From a virus (lineage: Duplodnaviria; Caudoviricetes), in the IMG/VR virus record IMGVR_UViG_3300032287_000883, positions 1,564 to 65,563 of that record: a stretch of 64,000 nucleotides of DNA, one strand, 5' to 3'. A model generated the notes under the pieces. That model did not search any database, had not been told where the DNA came from, and worked only from the letters and a program-made list of their open reading frames with translations. Of the stretch, positions 45,236 through 56,114 are shown piece by piece. Position 1 is the first letter of the stretch. Each line of letters begins with the position of its first letter. The position numbers and the translations under genes are program-made.

Positions 45236-48200
45236 AGTCCTCGTCTTCAGCAAACTCACCCATCTCCGACACTTCACTACGCAGTTTCTTGGTAATGTCC
45301 GCACCGAAAGCTTCTGTTTCAGCAGCGCGAGTAGCTCTCTTCTTAAATGACTCTCTGATTTTTTTAGGGGTGATAGCTAGGCCGGGGTGCTTTGAACTAA
45401 AGTCACTTGCCCGTTCAAGAGCATCATCAAACGCTTCAGAATTATCACGCTCCATCCATAGCCGGTTCATGATTGCGTTGCGTTCGTCCAAAATCTTTTG
45501 CTCTTTAAGTTTCATCGCAATAGCGGCTTTTTGTTTTTGGGCTAGGCGTTCAGGCTGAAGGCCGATTGCTTGCATAGCTAATTCTGTGGCTGTAAAGTCA
45601 TCCAGTACCACATCGCCACCCTTGGTGGTTGCCCCCTCTTTACCCATACGTACAGCGGACATGGGTTTAGCTACAATCGCTGGCATCGCCGTTTCAATTG
45701 CACGCGAATACTGACCTTCTTTTGCAAGTTGATATACCTCGGTGCCCCGTAAGCCAAGCCCAACAACCGGCCCTGCGTTAGCTATTATTGATTCGATGAA
45801 ACTTTCACGGGCATCAGGAGAGTAACGACCATCTCTCCACAGAAGGGCTTTAGGGTCTAAGCTAATACGATCTGATATAGCCATACCCATAGCTGAAGGT
45901 ACACCACGGGAAACAACTTCTCCAGCGGTACGACCAACTTTTTCTGCGGTCTCTGGTTTCACACCTGCATTGGCAAGCATACCACCAAGGTATCCGCCAA
46001 ATTCGGTTTCCATATAGTTATAGAACCAAGTTTCCCAATTAAAATAGTCATCGTCATCATCACCAGCAAACATCTTGACGAGAGTGCCAATAACCAAAGA
46101 GAAGTATGGCATTGCAGCCTGACCACCTAGGACAGCGGTCATACCAAGAATACCCGCAAGCCGACGACGAGCTTCTTTGCCAAGCGCCTTTTGCTGGGCT
46201 TCAACTTCTTCTACCCGTTGGGCAATAATTTGGTCTTTGTTAGGAGCGGTTTTAAGTTCCGCTTCCAACATGTTTTTATACTGCTCAATTTCTTCTTTAT
46301 TAAAAGGTCTAACCGCGTAATCTAAATTCCGCCCAAGAGCGTACATCGCCAAGATTGGGTATTGTTTAAATTTCAAAAGCACCATACCGGCTGGATGTGC
46401 AAAAACACGCCCCTTCATCTGCCGAGAGAAGTCACCTAAAGTAAGTGCCGCTACCCGCGTAGCTTCTTCAATAGCAAGCTCAAACGCTTGGTTTGGTGTG
46501 TTCTTTATTTTATTTCCGTTAGCGTCCCGCAAGAAGACTCCACGTAATCCTTCCATACCCGGTTGGCGCTGATACTCATTTAATAGTTTTTCGTACGCTA
46601 GTTCAAACGTAGTCATCAAAACAATTTCACGGTTCATGCGTTCAGATTGGTGGAACAACCCGGACATGGTTTTCTTAACCATTGCACCCACGCCTGTATA
46701 TAGCTGCGATGGGCGGTCTCCTAGATTCATAACGTCGTTGGTTATGGATATATCAATCTGTCCGCTGTCGATAAACCGATCCGCTGCACGACGTAGTAAC
46801 GGAGAAAGATTTGCACCCTCCACAATGGAAGGGAAATGCACTCCTACAACCGTGCCATTTTTAATAGGACTAAAGACGCGTTTAGGTACCGTACCAAGAT
46901 ACACACCTAAGTTCTTCACAAGCAACGTATTTGCTTTGAGGTATCCATACGACCCGCCAAGATACGGCATAGCTAATTGCACTGCGCCAAGCGTATTAAG
47001 TATTGCCGTAAACGGAGCCGATAACATATAGTAAAACGTAAGCTCTGAGGCTTTACCCGCTACCTGTGCAGCAAGGCTTGTATCCTCGTTGCTCATAATA
47101 CTAGGCACGCGTTTCTCTACTTCGTTAATAAAGTCTCTGTGCATAGCTGCTTGGTCAGCATTCAGCATCTTAGCCTGTTCGGCGCTATCAATCTCGCTTC
47201 GTGCGTTGTTTAAGTTCTGCAAGAACTTTTCCGCAAACATAAACCGAGACTGCTGATACGCACTATGCACCGCAGTAGTAGCGAATACACGAAGCATGTC
47301 TGAACTAGCACCTTGAATTGCTTTACGGTTGATAAACATCTTCCGCATGCTTTGCTGTGGGAGTAGCACGTATACAAGCTGATTCAAGCTATCCTGCAAC
47401 TGTTCTTTTAAGTCGGCAGTATCTGTAGCAGAAATCGAATCTACTAACTCTTGCACATCTTTCAATACCTGAGTAGTACCTACGTTTCGGCTGTAAAGCT
47501 CAGAGATGCCGTTACCTTTACGGATAGATTCGCCAAGCTGTTTTTGTTTAACATTTCCTCTTGCCAGTTCTTTCTGCCTACGATTCATAGCAACGTTGCG
47601 TGCAAGTGAACTTTCAAATGTATAAAACTCTTTGAAGTTACCCGAACCGACTTGGAACCAGTAGTTACCAAAACGACGTAGTGGAAAATACGGCTTGACT
47701 AATTTATCTGGGCCAAATTGCTCATCAATCTTTTTAATTAGTTTTGCGCGTTCAACAGGGTCTTGAATAGCTGCCGCCCTACGCTTCATTTCGCGCACCA
47801 TCTCATTAACGGAGTTAGCGTAGAAGTTGCGAACGCGCCGATAAATATCTTTATACTCAGGTTTAAGCGCGTTCCAAGCTCTTTGCATTTCGGGGTTTAA
47901 CGTACCCGGTTGTGCGGTGTCTGGATCAACGCCTCGTATCGTCGCTTCCATCATGATGCGACCCATCAACTGAGATTGAGCAAAGTTCTTATTCTGTAAC
48001 TTAACCCAATCGGCGGTAATCTGCGAAGCGACGTTTAATTTCTTAGCGCGGTATGCAACCATGTCACGGATAGTTGTAAGTGCGCCAGTAAGCTGAGTAA
48101 ATTTAGTACGAGTTAAATCTTCAAGCTGCGTTAGGTTAAGTACAGGAAGGGTTACTTCCCGCAACATAGTGCTCTTTGAATCCCACACCGCAGGGCCAAT

Positions 48201-51200
48201 AATCTTTATTGCTGTTTTCCACTCCATGCGACCTGCATAAGCATCCTTCATAGTCTGCAGGATTGAGCTTTGCTGGCTCTCTGCATCGCGATAGCTAGTA
48301 GGAGTAGATATAGGGCCACGTACGCGTCTACCGCGCTTCTTACCTTGAGCAAAGTCTGGGCCTGAAGGTTTAGTTTCTTGGTATCGAGTGGCAGTAAATA
48401 ACTTCTCAGCTTCCGTCATTGCACGACTAGCAAGGTTATTAAACCCAACAAGTTTGAAGATAGCGTTAACAAACCTAGCTAAAAGCCCAGATTCTCCAGA
48501 GTAATTTGCCGCTGCTGGGTATGGAATCTTCTTTAATTCTTTAGCAAACTCAGGGTTAGTAAACAGTTCAGCAATAAATTCTTTTACGTTGCGAAACCCG
48601 TAGTGGTTAACCTTTATATTATCTTTAGCAAGGTTATAAAGTTTTTCTAGTTCATTCCGTGCAGCAAGTTGTTCAGGTGTAAGCTGAGATGGGTTTGCCT
48701 GTAGTAATGAAACCGTAGCTGCGTGAACTACTTCATGTAAGAATACTCTATTACCAATACCCCGAATTTTTTTGCTATTTAAGGTAATAGTGTCGAATAT
48801 ATTAAAGTACGCGCCCGGTATATTATTGATGTTAGACATCTGTTCATACACAATACTTACGTCTTTAATTTCATTAGCAATCGGCCCAAGACCTTTAACA
48901 AAAGTTGCATACTGACCAGCACCAAGCTGCAGTCTAAGAATAATTAACCCAGAAGCTACTCTCCCTATATTTGCAGGGTTGCGGTAGTCATAAAAGTATT
49001 GTGCATATATCTTGGGGCTAGCGGTCTCCACATAACTCATAATCCGACTGATTTGTGGGCCTACAAGTCTATCAATCGCTTTCTGTGCAATCTGTGCAGT
49101 ATTATCAAAGCCGATAGTAGTTTGTAAGTTAAGCGCCAAAAGTTTTGTAGCTAGTTCTCCATAGAACCCAGTCATACCCTTAGAGAGTATTTTTAATGCA
49201 CCGTTGAGGTCGTTGTTCTTTATAGCCTCTACTACAGAAGGATGTAAGTCTCCGGCCCTATTAAACTGCTCTTGAAGTTTTTTCTCTTCTGCACTGATTT
49301 CGGTTTCTGCCGTAGTCCAACCTTTGTTGGGGTTTATATTTGGGAATACTATGTTCTCGCCGTCCATCAACATTTCACGACTTACAAACGTACCATCCCC
49401 ACGCAACACGGCATTTAGTCCACGGATGATAGGGTCATCACTTGGTAGCGCAAAAACTTCTTTTAGTTTCTGTACAAGTTCTTTCAGGTACTGCATGACC
49501 CTACGGAATCTATTTTGGTAGGCTACACCGTACCTACCGGCGATAATATTAGAGCCAGTAACCGCCCAAAACTCTGAAGGGTTCATTAATGCGTAAAGCG
49601 CACGAGGTACTTCACCTCGTAAAATCATATTTAGCGCCCTGTTAAATGCGGATGCATCCTGAGTGGCATTAGCTTCTGCAACAACATGGAGGTAATTTAA
49701 TATATTTTCTTGGCGTACAACTTCCTCACGTAACTCTCTTAGTTTACTTTCAGCCTCAATACGTTTATTAATATCGGGGTGACTTAAGTTTTTGGTTTGC
49801 TTTTCTATTTCAGCATTAGCTTTATTACGCTTTTGCTCTGCTTCTTTTGTAGTAACCTCAAGTCTTACGCGCCATTCATTTCGTATTAGCTTACGTAAAT
49901 TGTCAGGGAGCATCCTTTCCATATGGTGCAGTATTTCATGCACTGCTGTAAGGTCGTCCATCTCCCTATACACACCGTTTCTATCGCGAACCAAGAATAG
50001 GTTTATGAGGCGTTGTGTTCGTTGGTATATACCGTCAGCGCTATCGGCAATAGAACCTCTAGTATTAGTTGGCTCGGCAATAGATATAGCTAAATCCGCA
50101 GCCATTGCACGGTTCTGCGTAAGGAACCAGATTGCCATATCAGCCATCTGTGGGGATATTTTCCCTTGCCTAGCTGCGTCTTCCAACGCTTTGACAACCC
50201 TACCAAATCCACGCTCTCTTGGTAAATTAGACCTAGTGGCGCTACGCATTGCGCGTTGTTCAGCAAGACGTTCCGTAAGTTTATTCATCTCACGGGTGTA
50301 CTCAAAATAGGTTATTGCACCGTCATTCCACAGTTGGTTGATACGGTTAACCCCATGTTGATTTTGCGGAACCATGTCCGCAAGAGAAACGTCTACCTGC
50401 GATAAACGACGTGCAAGATTAGGTAGTATGTCTTTATCCTGTATATCAGCAGATGTATCTTCAGTATCAACCGACTCTAAAACTCCTTTAGCTTTAAGTT
50501 CGGCTTGCCCTAACTTAATATATGCTTCTTGTCTTCTCTGCGCTAACGCATTTCTTTCTTCAGCAGACGCTGCCGAAAAGTACGCATTATTTGCGGCTTC
50601 AACTTCTTGTCTAGCAGCAACTACTTCAGGGTTCTTTGCTAACTCTGCATCTTCTCGTGTTTTTGTTTCGGCGGTTCTAGCGTCCATTAATTTTTTCTCA
50701 GACGCAACCCAATCCCAATGCGCTTCTATGCGCTGCTGTTCTAGCTCTTCATACTTTTTACGGGCAGGGGAGTTCTTTGCCGGGATGCGACCAGCCTTAG
50801 TCAAAAGCGCTTTTTGCTGTTCTACAATATTTCTTACTGCATCGTGTCGAGCAAGTTCTTCTTGTTCAAGCGCGGCTATATCTACGCCGCCTCTTACTTT
50901 TTCCTCATCCAATACTTCTTCTGCGACTGGTGTTGCATTAGCCCTAGCTTCTTTTACAAGTTCGTTTAAATCATTAAATATTTGCGTTGCTTCTTCTACT
51001 TTATATATAGATTCTCTAAGTCTAACTCCTACCTCATCTAATTTTTGCTTTGCTTCTTCAAATGCCTGATACGCAGATGCCTGTTCTTCTTCTGGAGTAT
51101 TTTCAGTAAGCGAATTAAATCTTTTTTCGGCGGCTTGGTATTCTGTCCATGCAGAACCGCCTTCTGCCATTACATCATCTTGTAGTTGCTGCGCCTGTAA

Positions 51201-52865
51201 AAGCGAATCATAAGCAGTATCTCCTTGCGCTTCTAATTCCGCTAATGTACTTGGCTGCGCTCCTGCTCCAGCTTCAGGTTGATCAGCAGGAACTCCAGAT
51301 ACATCCAGTCCTCCGGTAGTAGGTGTTGCAGCGGCTCCGGTATCGGTTCCTCCAGCGGGTTGTTCTGCACCAGTATCAGAAACGCCAGCGACATCAGCTC
51401 CGGACTCAGCTCCAATACCTGCGTTCTGCTCTGCAAGGTAATCATTAAATGCTCCTAGAAGCTCCTGCTCGTTTGCGGGGCGACCAAGTTCTGCATACAA
51501 CTGACGCTGTACACCTTCTACTTCTTGTTTAGTAAGACTGTCTAACGTACGTGCAGTGGGACCTTCAGGTGGTGCGGCTTCCTCTCGATCTGCAAGTGCG
51601 TCGAGGTCACGGATTGCTTGACCTTCACGAGTATTCGTTTCGGCTACATTTTTCTTAGCTGCTACTGCTCGCGTGCCTTCTATCGTAGCGGACATACCAA
51701 GACCGCCAATAGCTTCTGATAACGCAGAATCAACTACACGTATAATGTTTTCTTTAGTGAACGCATCGCCAGTCTGTTCACCAAGCATACGCTCGGCGTT
51801 GATCATCACAGTCTCTTGCAGACCACCAGTTAAGAATTCACTAGCACCGCTCTTAGCTGCAACCTTTGGAAGTGCGTTTAAAATTTCTCTACGAGTTTGC
51901 TGGCGTAATTCTCCAGACAAGATACGTTTAGCGATGTCGGCTTCAGGGCCAAGAACCGCGTCAAATAATCCACTAACAGTAGCCGCAGTTAACGTAACGT
52001 CTTTTGTATCACGGACGTATTTAGCAATTGCAGCGACACGTTTTTCTGGATCAGGTTCTTTCTGTACTTGCTTAGTAATATACTCAACACGATCTTGCGT
52101 AGCAGGGCCAAGCTCCATACCGATGCTAGTACCAACAACACCGGGAGTTCTAGCTAATAGACCGGAAGCAATTACTGGCGCCCACTGTGGGATAGCCTCG
52201 CCAAGTTTACTTGCAACGTAACTACCAGTATCTCCGAGTCCACCAATTTCCGTAAACTTATCTATTCGAGGGGCATAAGGCTCGGCTTGTTTTTTGATCT
52301 GTTCACTATAAGCAATTGCTTCGCCAAACTTTTGAGACTTGTCTTGAAGTTCGGTCTGCATTTCGTCACGTAATTTCTTACGGTCTTCTGGGGATGCATT
52401 TAGATAATTTTGTGCTAGACCAATAGAACGTAAAACTTCTCCGGGGCCTTTTCTTCCTTTTTCTAACCCCAGTGTGCTTGTTATGTCCTCGGCAATATCT
52501 CTCTTTACCCCAAGGAAATTATTGATTTCTTTCTTAGACTTGAGTTCCCCAGCATCGATCTTGTCGAATGCAGTAAGCGCTGTATCTGGTACGTCCATAC
52601 CAAGCGCGTAGTACCGCTGCTGTAATCCAGCAGGGATATTTTGTAAGTTGATTCCTCCACGCACAATCCCTTTAGGTAGCTCCCATAAATTAGATGGTTC
52701 TACAGGAGGCTCCGCAGCTTTCTGATCAGCGAACGGGTTTGTTATTAGCGGCTGTTGTGCTTGGGCAAAAGGGTCAATGATCCCTGTAGGAGCTTTAGGG
52801 GCAAAAGGGTCAATGATGCTACTCTCTGCCCTTCTCTGAGGCGCAAAGGGATCAATGATTGCCAT
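45234..52865 (-). CDS. Giant internal virion/ejection protein with two zincin-like motifs
   Basis: 2543 aa; HEILH..EFWA and HEVVH..EFIAE; N-terminal IIDPFA repeats; last gene of the ejection cluster. Confidence 0.75.
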   Translation of the reverse strand: MAIIDPFAPQRRAESSIIDPFAPKAPTGIIDPFAQAQQPLITNPFADQKAAEPPVEPSNLWELPKGIVRGGINLQNIPAGLQQRYYALGMDVPDTALTAFDKIDAGELKSKKEINNFLGVKRDIAEDITSTLGLEKGRKGPGEVLRSIGLAQNYLNASPEDRKKLRDEMQTELQDKSQKFGEAIAYSEQIKKQAEPYAPRIDKFTEIGGLGDTGSYVASKLGEAIPQWAPVIASGLLARTPGVVGTSIGMELGPATQDRVEYITKQVQKEPDPEKRVAAIAKYVRDTKDVTLTAATVSGLFDAVLGPEADIAKRILSGELRQQTRREILNALPKVAAKSGASEFLTGGLQETVMINAERMLGEQTGDAFTKENIIRVVDSALSEAIGGLGMSATIEGTRAVAAKKNVAETNTREGQAIRDLDALADREEAAPPEGPTARTLDSLTKQEVEGVQRQLYAELGRPANEQELLGAFNDYLAEQNAGIGAESGADVAGVSDTGAEQPAGGTDTGAAATPTTGGLDVSGVPADQPEAGAGAQPSTLAELEAQGDTAYDSLLQAQQLQDDVMAEGGSAWTEYQAAEKRFNSLTENTPEEEQASAYQAFEEAKQKLDEVGVRLRESIYKVEEATQIFNDLNELVKEARANATPVAEEVLDEEKVRGGVDIAALEQEELARHDAVRNIVEQQKALLTKAGRIPAKNSPARKKYEELEQQRIEAHWDWVASEKKLMDARTAETKTREDAELAKNPEVVAARQEVEAANNAYFSAASAEERNALAQRRQEAYIKLGQAELKAKGVLESVDTEDTSADIQDKDILPNLARRLSQVDVSLADMVPQNQHGVNRINQLWNDGAITYFEYTREMNKLTERLAEQRAMRSATRSNLPRERGFGRVVKALEDAARQGKISPQMADMAIWFLTQNRAMAADLAISIAEPTNTRGSIADSADGIYQRTQRLINLFLVRDRNGVYREMDDLTAVHEILHHMERMLPDNLRKLIRNEWRVRLEVTTKEAEQKRNKANAEIEKQTKNLSHPDINKRIEAESKLRELREEVVRQENILNYLHVVAEANATQDASAFNRALNMILRGEVPRALYALMNPSEFWAVTGSNIIAGRYGVAYQNRFRRVMQYLKELVQKLKEVFALPSDDPIIRGLNAVLRGDGTFVSREMLMDGENIVFPNINPNKGWTTAETEISAEEKKLQEQFNRAGDLHPSVVEAIKNNDLNGALKILSKGMTGFYGELATKLLALNLQTTIGFDNTAQIAQKAIDRLVGPQISRIMSYVETASPKIYAQYFYDYRNPANIGRVASGLIILRLQLGAGQYATFVKGLGPIANEIKDVSIVYEQMSNINNIPGAYFNIFDTITLNSKKIRGIGNRVFLHEVVHAATVSLLQANPSQLTPEQLAARNELEKLYNLAKDNIKVNHYGFRNVKEFIAELFTNPEFAKELKKIPYPAAANYSGESGLLARFVNAIFKLVGFNNLASRAMTEAEKLFTATRYQETKPSGPDFAQGKKRGRRVRGPISTPTSYRDAESQQSSILQTMKDAYAGRMEWKTAIKIIGPAVWDSKSTMLREVTLPVLNLTQLEDLTRTKFTQLTGALTTIRDMVAYRAKKLNVASQITADWVKLQNKNFAQSQLMGRIMMEATIRGVDPDTAQPGTLNPEMQRAWNALKPEYKDIYRRVRNFYANSVNEMVREMKRRAAAIQDPVERAKLIKKIDEQFGPDKLVKPYFPLRRFGNYWFQVGSGNFKEFYTFESSLARNVAMNRRQKELARGNVKQKQLGESIRKGNGISELYSRNVGTTQVLKDVQELVDSISATDTADLKEQLQDSLNQLVYVLLPQQSMRKMFINRKAIQGASSDMLRVFATTAVHSAYQQSRFMFAEKFLQNLNNARSEIDSAEQAKMLNADQAAMHRDFINEVEKRVPSIMSNEDTSLAAQVAGKASELTFYYMLSAPFTAILNTLGAVQLAMPYLGGSYGYLKANTLLVKNLGVYLGTVPKRVFSPIKNGTVVGVHFPSIVEGANLSPLLRRAADRFIDSGQIDISITNDVMNLGDRPSQLYTGVGAMVKKTMSGLFHQSERMNREIVLMTTFELAYEKLLNEYQRQPGMEGLRGVFLRDANGNKIKNTPNQAFELAIEEATRVAALTLGDFSRQMKGRVFAHPAGMVLLKFKQYPILAMYALGRNLDYAVRPFNKEEIEQYKNMLEAELKTAPNKDQIIAQRVEEVEAQQKALGKEARRRLAGILGMTAVLGGQAAMPYFSLVIGTLVKMFAGDDDDDYFNWETWFYNYMETEFGGYLGGMLANAGVKPETAEKVGRTAGEVVSRGVPSAMGMAISDRISLDPKALLWRDGRYSPDARESFIESIIANAGPVVGLGLRGTEVYQLAKEGQYSRAIETAMPAIVAKPMSAVRMGKEGATTKGGDVVLDDFTATELAMQAIGLQPERLAQKQKAAIAMKLKEQKILDERNAIMNRLWMERDNSEAFDDALERASDFSSKHPGLAITPKKIRESFKKRATRAAETEAFGADITKKLRSEVSEMGEFAEDED

Positions 52866-52867
52866 AA

Positions 52868-54667
52868 TTATCTTCCGTAATTTTGAGTGTAGTAGGCTCT
52901 TAGCTCTTCATCAGTTGCGTTAGGATTAGCTTTTTTAGCTGCAGCCATCCATTCATCTATTGAAGGCGGCCTAGTTCTTGGTAATTTATCTCCCTCAGAA
53001 CCACCGGCACCTACACGAAGATTCTCATACCCTGCATAAAACTCTTGTAATTTACTTTCAAATACAGCTTCTTTACGCTTCGTCAATTCTTTTTGAGCGT
53101 CAACATCACCTTTAGAAGCTTTATCTTTAAGAGCTTTAATGTCTTTGTTAATCAATGACATATTAGCCCACTCATCATCAGCGCGTTTCTGTATCTGTGA
53201 AGTGGCATTAAGTAGCGCATTCTTAACATCTGGTCTAGGGTGAGTCATCGCTGTAACTGCTTCCAACCTAGCTTTAAATGTTGACCCCGGCATTGAGGAA
53301 AGCATCTCTGGACTATTAGCCATCTTGAATGCGTCAGGCATACCTTGTTGACGTAGTTTCTCTAAAGCCTGATAGCCAGCAGTGTAAACACCCGCAACAC
53401 GAAGGGCAGATGCATTGTTCATACCAGTAGCTTCAAGCTGTCCTGCTATTTGCTTCTCAATCCCTTTAAGGTGAGATACGGCTTGTGTCTCTGTTGTAAA
53501 TTCGGCGGTCTTTGCCGAAGTAATAGAATTATTAAGTGCGGTGGTTGCACTTGCAAGTGTCTTTTCAGCATCGGCTTTACGATCTTCGGCTTTCTCAACC
53601 CTAGCATATGCCGACTTAGATTTATCTATCTTGTAGTTATTCTCGGCTGTATCCACCGCCATCTCAGCGCGAGTAAGTTCTCTCTCGGCTTTCTTAATAT
53701 CTTTAAGATCAGAAGCCAATGTTTGAATCGCGGGTGCCGCGCCCTTACCAATATTAATCGCCGCATATGGGGATTCTCCACCCCAAATACCTAAACCAGC
53801 TTGGAGGATAGCCATATTCTTAGCTTCCTCGCGATCAAGTTTTAATTGCTCACGGTCTTTCTCAATCAGTTGTTTTTGCTCTGGGTATATATTCTTGACC
53901 CCAGCTAGCTTCTCCATTTGTTCTTGTGCTTCAAAAGCTTGCTCTGGCGTTTTTACTGTTGGTACAGTTATTAACTTTTTAGCTTCTTGTGCAGCAAGTG
54001 TCAAATTAGCAGTTGGGTCAGGGCGTGGTAGCCCAAACGCATTTAAGTTAGGATTAGCAGGTGCTGTGGGTTTAACAAATACTGGAGAAATCTGATTTGC
54101 TTCAGTCGGCCCTTTACGCATTACGCCGGGTAGTCCAACGGTATTTTGGTAGGTGTAATAAGCTTGTGCATCAGGGAATCCCAAAGCTCTAGCTTGCGCA
54201 TCGGTCACGCTACCAACTACGCTGCCGTCAGTGCCAGCATATCCCGGCACATCTCCGCCATCACCAAACGCAACGATACCGCCACCAGCCATACTGTAAT
54301 TGCCTACGTCACCAGCAGGAAGTCCTTCTACGCCCGCAGGGGCTTGCGCCATTTGAGTTGGTTGGGGCTGAGGCTGCTGCTGTTGTGGAGGCGCAGGAGG
54401 ACGAAGTTGTTGTCCTTGCATACCTAACTGAGTACCCGCCATAGTGCCAGTACCCGAACCCTGAACGCCGAACGTGTCTTGCGCTAATGTGGTCTGTTGT
54501 TTCTGTTCGTCCATTGCTGCATTACGCATGCGGTCGATAAATAACCCTGCCATCAACCCAACAGTAGGGTGGACTACGTTCATACGTATGGCGTCTGCAA
54601 TCTTTTGTTTATTGCCACCGTACTTTAAAGCAATCTTTTCGGGGGACGCGAGTGATAAATCTTCCAT
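52868..54667 (-). CDS. Internal virion (ejection) protein
   Basis: MAGGGIVAFGDGG, amphipathic LQAGLGIWGG.SP, coiled coils. Confidence 0.7.
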   Translation of the reverse strand: MEDLSLASPEKIALKYGGNKQKIADAIRMNVVHPTVGLMAGLFIDRMRNAAMDEQKQQTTLAQDTFGVQGSGTGTMAGTQLGMQGQQLRPPAPPQQQQPQPQPTQMAQAPAGVEGLPAGDVGNYSMAGGGIVAFGDGGDVPGYAGTDGSVVGSVTDAQARALGFPDAQAYYTYQNTVGLPGVMRKGPTEANQISPVFVKPTAPANPNLNAFGLPRPDPTANLTLAAQEAKKLITVPTVKTPEQAFEAQEQMEKLAGVKNIYPEQKQLIEKDREQLKLDREEAKNMAILQAGLGIWGGESPYAAINIGKGAAPAIQTLASDLKDIKKAERELTRAEMAVDTAENNYKIDKSKSAYARVEKAEDRKADAEKTLASATTALNNSITSAKTAEFTTETQAVSHLKGIEKQIAGQLEATGMNNASALRVAGVYTAGYQALEKLRQQGMPDAFKMANSPEMLSSMPGSTFKARLEAVTAMTHPRPDVKNALLNATSQIQKRADDEWANMSLINKDIKALKDKASKGDVDAQKELTKRKEAVFESKLQEFYAGYENLRVGAGGSEGDKLPRTRPPSIDEWMAAAKKANPNATDEELRAYYTQNYGR

Positions 54668-55675
54668 TTAACCCTCCAATTTCTTCATTGCTATACCCAT
54701 CAGGCCACCGTCTTTTGCACCAAACGCTTTATACGCGCCGTATGCAGTTAACCCGGCTCCTGTTAATTGCGAAGTTAATGAAGGTGGCGCTTGGTACATG
54801 TTTTGTACCGATTGTGTTCCGGGCATACCGTGATAAATATCCGATAGCCAAGTAAGTTGCTTTTGATTCCAGCCACGTTGATCCAAAAAGTCTTGGTATG
54901 CTTGAGAAAGTTTTTGTTGTTCCAGAGATTGCTGCTGCTGACCTGCCGCTGCACGAGCTTGCATGCCAGCTTGTTGTTGACCAAACTGAGTCTGGCCTAA
55001 CTGACCTAATGTATTAGCAGCTTGCAGACCTTGACCATACCCTTGCAGACCTAATGTTGCACCGAACTGTTGTGCCTGTTGTGCGTTCTGAAAAGCATTC
55101 TGCATACCAGTACCATAAATTTGATTTTGCAACGTGCCAAGATTACGTTGACGTTCCGCTTCTTGTAGACCAAAACGAGAGCCACCAAACGCACCGGCTC
55201 TAGTTGCTTGCCCTATATTCTGCAATCCTGAAATGTCAGACTGCCGACGAGCTTCTTCTAACTGCGGGTTTAATGCGCCTTGTATATAAGGCGACATATA
55301 CGACTGAATAGCGTTGGGGTTAGTCGCCATATTCTGATAGTTACGCCCGGCCTGTAATGAGCCAAGACCAGCCATACCAGCTAGCTGCGTACCAGTCCCT
55401 ATCTGTTGTGCAGGGCCAAGATTAGCGGCTTCTTGAAACGCTTGCTGCTGCATCGGATCAAATCCAGCAATGCGCTCCCCACCGTAAGGTATATATGGGG
55501 CATTAGCAATAGCTTCCGCTTGACCTGCAAGACGCTCCATGTTGGGCTGCAGGTACTTAGGGACACTAGTTTGCGTTACGTTCTGTTGAGTTGGAGGAGC
55601 ACTTCCGCCACCACCACCACCCATATAAAAAGTAAACCACTCAGGGGTAAAAAAGTATTTTAAGAACTTAAGCAT
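54668..55675 (-). CDS. Internal virion (pilot/DNA-transfer) protein
   Basis: Gln/Gly/Ala-rich; Y.PY.GERIA.F, YMSPY, AGAFGGSR; C-terminal AKDGG. Confidence 0.75.
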   Translation of the reverse strand: MLKFLKYFFTPEWFTFYMGGGGGGSAPPTQQNVTQTSVPKYLQPNMERLAGQAEAIANAPYIPYGGERIAGFDPMQQQAFQEAANLGPAQQIGTGTQLAGMAGLGSLQAGRNYQNMATNPNAIQSYMSPYIQGALNPQLEEARRQSDISGLQNIGQATRAGAFGGSRFGLQEAERQRNLGTLQNQIYGTGMQNAFQNAQQAQQFGATLGLQGYGQGLQAANTLGQLGQTQFGQQQAGMQARAAAGQQQQSLEQQKLSQAYQDFLDQRGWNQKQLTWLSDIYHGMPGTQSVQNMYQAPPSLTSQLTGAGLTAYGAYKAFGAKDGGLMGIAMKKLEG

Positions 55676-56114
55676 TTAAGTGCTCCTTACGGTATTCATT
55701 AAAACGTTCGGGCATCATTTCTTTCCAAACGTCTGGCATATATTCAGCAGCTTTATCCGGCCCCACGCATACGTACACCATGTATGCCACAATATTTCCT
55801 GCGGCATAACGCAACCCGTGCGCTATTTCTACCCCGTGCTCGTCTTTGGTATTCTCAAACTTATTAGCCGTCTGGTATGCGGACACTACTGTTATCCACA
55901 TTGGCATAATATCGCGCTGGATGGCTTGATAAAATGGGTTTAAAGGTAAGTAAACAAGGCACATTAAAAACGCATTATTTATACCCCGTTCAGTTACTTC
56001 TTTATCTTTATCAACCAAATCATCCCATATATGCGCAAGGTCGCCCAGCATACGATACACAATTAGTGCATCTTGATTACCGCCAAACCATTCAAGTTTG
56101 CCTTCGTCGTTCAT
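55668..56114 (-). CDS. Small helical protein with a DDxxD motif (isoprenoid synthase/prenyltransferase-like)
   Basis: LAHIWDDLVDKD, LP.NPFY; overlaps both neighbours. Confidence 0.6.
   Translation of the reverse strand: MNDEGKLEWFGGNQDALIVYRMLGDLAHIWDDLVDKDKEVTERGINNAFLMCLVYLPLNPFYQAIQRDIMPMWITVVSAYQTANKFENTKDEHGVEIAHGLRYAAGNIVAYMVYVCVGPDKAAEYMPDVWKEMMPERFNEYRKEHLNA

Noticed and set aside
45144-45350. Plus-strand 68-aa ORF
   Set aside because: No RBS; it crosses a terminator and overlaps the giant gene antisense
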